The notes under the pieces were generated by a model. The model did no database searches. It saw only the letters and a program-made list of their open reading frames with translations, and was not told where the DNA came from. A DNA stretch of 20,000 nt from an uncultured virus (IMG/VR IMGVR_UViG_3300042868_009486) (lineage: Duplodnaviria; Heunggongvirae; Uroviricota; Caudoviricetes): positions 58,577 through 78,576 of IMG/VR virus record IMGVR_UViG_3300042868_009486. One strand, written 5' to 3'. Below are positions 17,595-20,000 of this stretch, piece after piece. The translations under genes were made by a program, and so were the position numbers. How positions within the stretch are numbered: position 1 is the first letter of the stretch; the number at the start of each line of letters is the position of its first letter.

Positions 17595-17641
17595 ATAATT
17601 ATTTAATTTTTCTTTTTGGTGGATAAACTTTACTCAGGTAA

Positions 17642-17648
17642 TATTTAT
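17642..17648 (+). promoter_or_regulatory. TATTTAT motif, putative late promoter
   Basis: GGTAATATTTATCTAT in the intergenic gap, 55 nt upstream of ATG 17704. Confidence 0.55.
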
Positions 17649-17670
17649 CTATAAAACATAAATCAAAGGG

Positions 17671-17698
17671 TTTTCTTTTGGAGAGGGAAAAAAGAAAA
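17671..17698 (+). promoter_or_regulatory. 5' leader hairpin with purine-rich GGAGAGGGAA loop
   Basis: TTTTCTTTT (17671-17679) pairs with AAAAGAAAA (17690-17698). The hairpin ends 5 nt before ATG 17704. Confidence 0.45.
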
Positions 17699-17703
17699 AA
17701 TAG

Positions 17704-20000
17704 ATGTCAAATGAATTCGTAGCCCGTAATGGGGTCAAATCTTTAGGTGGGGTATTATTTCCGTATAGTGCGGTTACCACGACATACACAATTAATCGAA
17801 GTAATTATCTTGTAGATTGTACCACAGGTACATTTACGGTCACCTTACCGACATCTGTTGGTATTGCGGGACAAATTTTTGTCATCAAAAATAGTGGATC
17901 AGGAACAATTACTCTTGCAACAACAGGAGGTCAAACTATAGATGGTAGCTCAACAAAAACTTTAACACAATATGGCTCAATAACCGTACAAAGTGATGGA
18001 TCAAATTGGGACATTGCGGGTGCCGATGGGACTTCGGGTACAAATGGTACCAATGGTACCAGTGGTACAAACGGAACCTCAGGCACAAATGGTACTAGCG
18101 GAACTAATGGGACATCAGGAACAAGAGGTACTTCAGGCACTAATGGTACCAACGGTACAAATGGAACATCAGGGACCAATGGTACGAATGGTACTTCAGG
18201 AACTAATGGAACATCAGGCACCAACGGTACAAATGGTACTAGCGGAACGAATGGGACTTCAGGGACGAATGGTACAAATGGAACCTCAGGAACTAATGGA
18301 ACAAACGGTACTTCAGGAACCAACGGGACTAATGGAACTTCAGGCACAAATGGGACATCTGGTACGAACGGAACATCAGGCACTAATGGTACAAACGGGA
18401 CTTCAGGAACTAGAGGTACTTCAGGTACTGATGGTACATCAGGAACCAATGGATCTAGCGGTACAAATGGTACATCAGGAACAAATGGAACCAATGGTAC
18501 ATCAGGAACAAATGGAACTAGCGGAACGAATGGTACCAACGGGACATCAGGAACAAATGGAACTAGTGGAACAAATGGAACTAATGGTACAAACGGGACT
18601 AGCGGGACTAATGGAACAAACGGAACGAATGGTACATCAGGCACGAACGGTACTAATGGAACTTCAGGAACAAATGGTACTAACGGTACAAATGGTACAT
18701 CGGGAACAAATGGAACTAATGGTACTAATGGTACTTCAGGTACCAATGGAACAAATGGTACTAACGGAACATCCGGAACTAATGGGACGAATGGAACATC
18801 AGGTACAAATGGTACGAATGGTACATCAGGAACGAATGGTACTAGCGGCACAAACGGAACTTCAGGTACGAACGGTACTAATGGAACTTCAGGTACGAAC
18901 GGTACTAATGGAACAAGTGGGACTAATGGTACTTCGGGGACTAATGGGACTTCAGGTACTCGTGGAACTTCAGGTACAAACGGAACAAACGGTACCTCAG
19001 GAACGAATGGGACTAATGGAACATCGGGCACCAACGGAACTTCAGGAACTAATGGAACCAGTGGAACAAACGGTACTTCAGGAACAAATGGCACATCAGG
19101 AACGAATGGTACTAATGGCACATCAGGAACGAATGGTACTAATGGTACGAGCGGAACAAACGGTACTTCAGGTACTAACGGCACAAATGGATCGTCAGGA
19201 ACTAACGGAACTTCGGGAACAAACGGTACGAATGGAACTAATGGGACAAGTGGCACTAATGGAACTAACGGAACATCGGGTACAAACGGAACCAATGGGA
19301 CTTCAGGCACAAATGGTACCTCAGGAACAAACGGAACTTCAGGAACAAACGGCACATCAGGTACTAATGGTACAAACGGAACTTCAGGTACGAATGGTAC
19401 AAATGGAACTTCGGGAACCAACGGTACGAGCGGGACCAATGGTACATCAGGAACTAACGGAACGAATGGTACTAGCGGTACTAATGGAACCTCAGGAACA
19501 AATGGTACAAACGGAACTAATGGAACTAGTGGAACTAATGGAACTTCGGGAACAAATGGAACGAACGGTACAAGTGGAACAAATGGTACGAATGGTACAT
19601 CAGGAACTAACGGTACATCGGGAACTAACGGTACTTCAGGTACGAATGGAACAAATGGATCAAGCGGTACTAATGGTACTAATGGATCATCAGGAACGAA
19701 TGGAACTTCAGGTACCAACGGAACTAATGGAACATCAGGAACTAATGGTACGAGCGGGACCAATGGTACTAATGGGACTAGCGGTACGAATGGTACCAAC
19801 GGTACATCAGGTACTAACGGTACAAATGGAACTTCAGGAACGAACGGAACCAACGGAACTAACGGTACGTCAGGCACTAATGGAACTAACGGAACATCGG
19901 GTACAAACGGTACTTCGGGTACAAACGGAACAAATGGTACTTCCGGAACTAACGGAACATCAGGGACAAGAGGAACTTCAGGAACAAATGGTACGAATGG
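17704..20000 (+). CDS. Second collagen-like Gly-X-Y fibre protein, 3'-truncated by the window (not in the ORF track)
   Basis: Own translation: MSNEFVARNGVKSLGGVLFPYSAVTTTYTINRSNYLVDCTTGTFTVTLPTSVGIAGQIFVIKNSGSGTITLATTGGQTIDGSSTKTLTQYGSITVQSDGSNWDIA, then GADGTSGTNG... with no stop seen to the window end. The VD...FTVTLP...IKN...IDG...SDGSNW pattern is typical of phage fibre beta modules. Confidence 0.9.
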   Translation, partial: MSNEFVARNGVKSLGGVLFPYSAVTTTYTINRSNYLVDCTTGTFTVTLPTSVGIAGQIFVIKNSGSGTITLATTGGQTIDGSSTKTLTQYGSITVQSDGSNWDIAGADGTSGTNGTNGTSGTNGTSGTNGTSGTNGTSGTRGTSGTNGTNGTNGTSGTNGTNGTSGTNGTSGTNGTNGTSGTNGTSGTNGTNGTSGTNGTNGTSGTNGTNGTSGTNGTSGTNGTSGTNGTNGTSGTRGTSGTDGTSGTNGSSGTNGTSGTNGTNGTSGTNGTSGTNGTNGTSGTNGTSGTNGTNGTNGTSGTNGTNGTNGTSGTNGTNGTSGTNGTNGTNGTSGTNGTNGTNGTSGTNGTNGTNGTSGTNGTNGTSGTNGTNGTSGTNGTSGTNGTSGTNGTNGTSGTNGTNGTSGTNGTSGTNGTSGTRGTSGTNGTNGTSGTNGTNGTSGTNGTSGTNGTSGTNGTSGTNGTSGTNGTNGTSGTNGTNGTSGTNGTSGTNGTNGSSGTNGTSGTNGTNGTNGTSGTNGTNGTSGTNGTNGTSGTNGTSGTNGTSGTNGTSGTNGTNGTSGTNGTNGTSGTNGTSGTNGTSGTNGTNGTSGTNGTSGTNGTNGTNGTSGTNGTSGTNGTNGTSGTNGTNGTSGTNGTSGTNGTSGTNGTNGSSGTNGTNGSSGTNGTSGTNGTNGTSGTNGTSGTNGTNGTSGTNGTNGTSGTNGTNGTSGTNGTNGTNGTSGTNGTNGTSGTNGTSGTNGTNGTSGTNGTSGTRGTSGTNGTN
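18019..20000 (+). repeat. Gly-X-Y block 3 (at least 220 triplets, GTN/GTS with rare GTR, GSS, GTD)
   Basis: Continuous 9-nt periodicity GGN-ACN-(AAY/TCN/AGY) to the end of the window. Confidence 0.97.

Noticed and set aside
10331..19877. Very long antisense ORFs of (VPL/VPF/VPE/VPD)n at 10331-14122, 14750-17182 and 17931-19877
   Set aside because: The reverse complement of GGN-ACN-NNN repeats gives GTN-CCN codons and essentially cannot contain stops in that frame. The ORFs end soon after the repeats do, so they are shadows.
10407..20000. Repeat arrays as CRISPR or non-coding satellite
   Set aside because: There is no constant repeat with unique spacers. Variation is concentrated at synonymous positions of a 9-nt coding unit.
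1..20000. Alternative genetic code (stop-codon reassignment), as seen in some large phages
   Set aside because: Genes tile the window densely under the standard bacterial code with TAA/TGA stops and no fragmented ORFs. TAG usage cannot be judged from this window.

Overview
AT-rich, densely coded window with all credible genes on the + strand. It most likely comes from the late/virion region of a large tailed phage, with a Bacteroidota host suggested by T9SS-CTD-like and SusC-type CarboxypepD_reg-like domains (inference, no hallmark capsid/terminase gene is present). The left part (1-8164) holds the 3' end of an M15-type Zn peptidase and five hypothetical proteins. Several share an N-terminal 'ISRIxxLM...(I/L)xE' leader, and some carry mosaic envelope-related domains: annexin-like GTDE, hydrophobic helices, a peptidoglycan-binding domain split by a T9SS-CTD-like insert, MORN repeats and a CarboxypepD_reg-like domain. 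A heavily structured intergenic segment (8165-8300, with a possible pseudoknot, two hairpins and a terminator) follows. The right part encodes a BppU-like/Pro-Thr-linker protein and a 2698-aa proline-free Gly-X-Y fibre protein with about 695 triplets and an internal C1q/BclA-CTD-like domain. A second Gly-X-Y fibre gene starts at 17704, runs off the window and is missing from the ORF track. A recurrent R-TATTTAT motif precedes most gene starts (putative late promoter), including a copy inside a gene ahead of an in-frame ATG. All domain calls are by-eye motif recognition, not database results.
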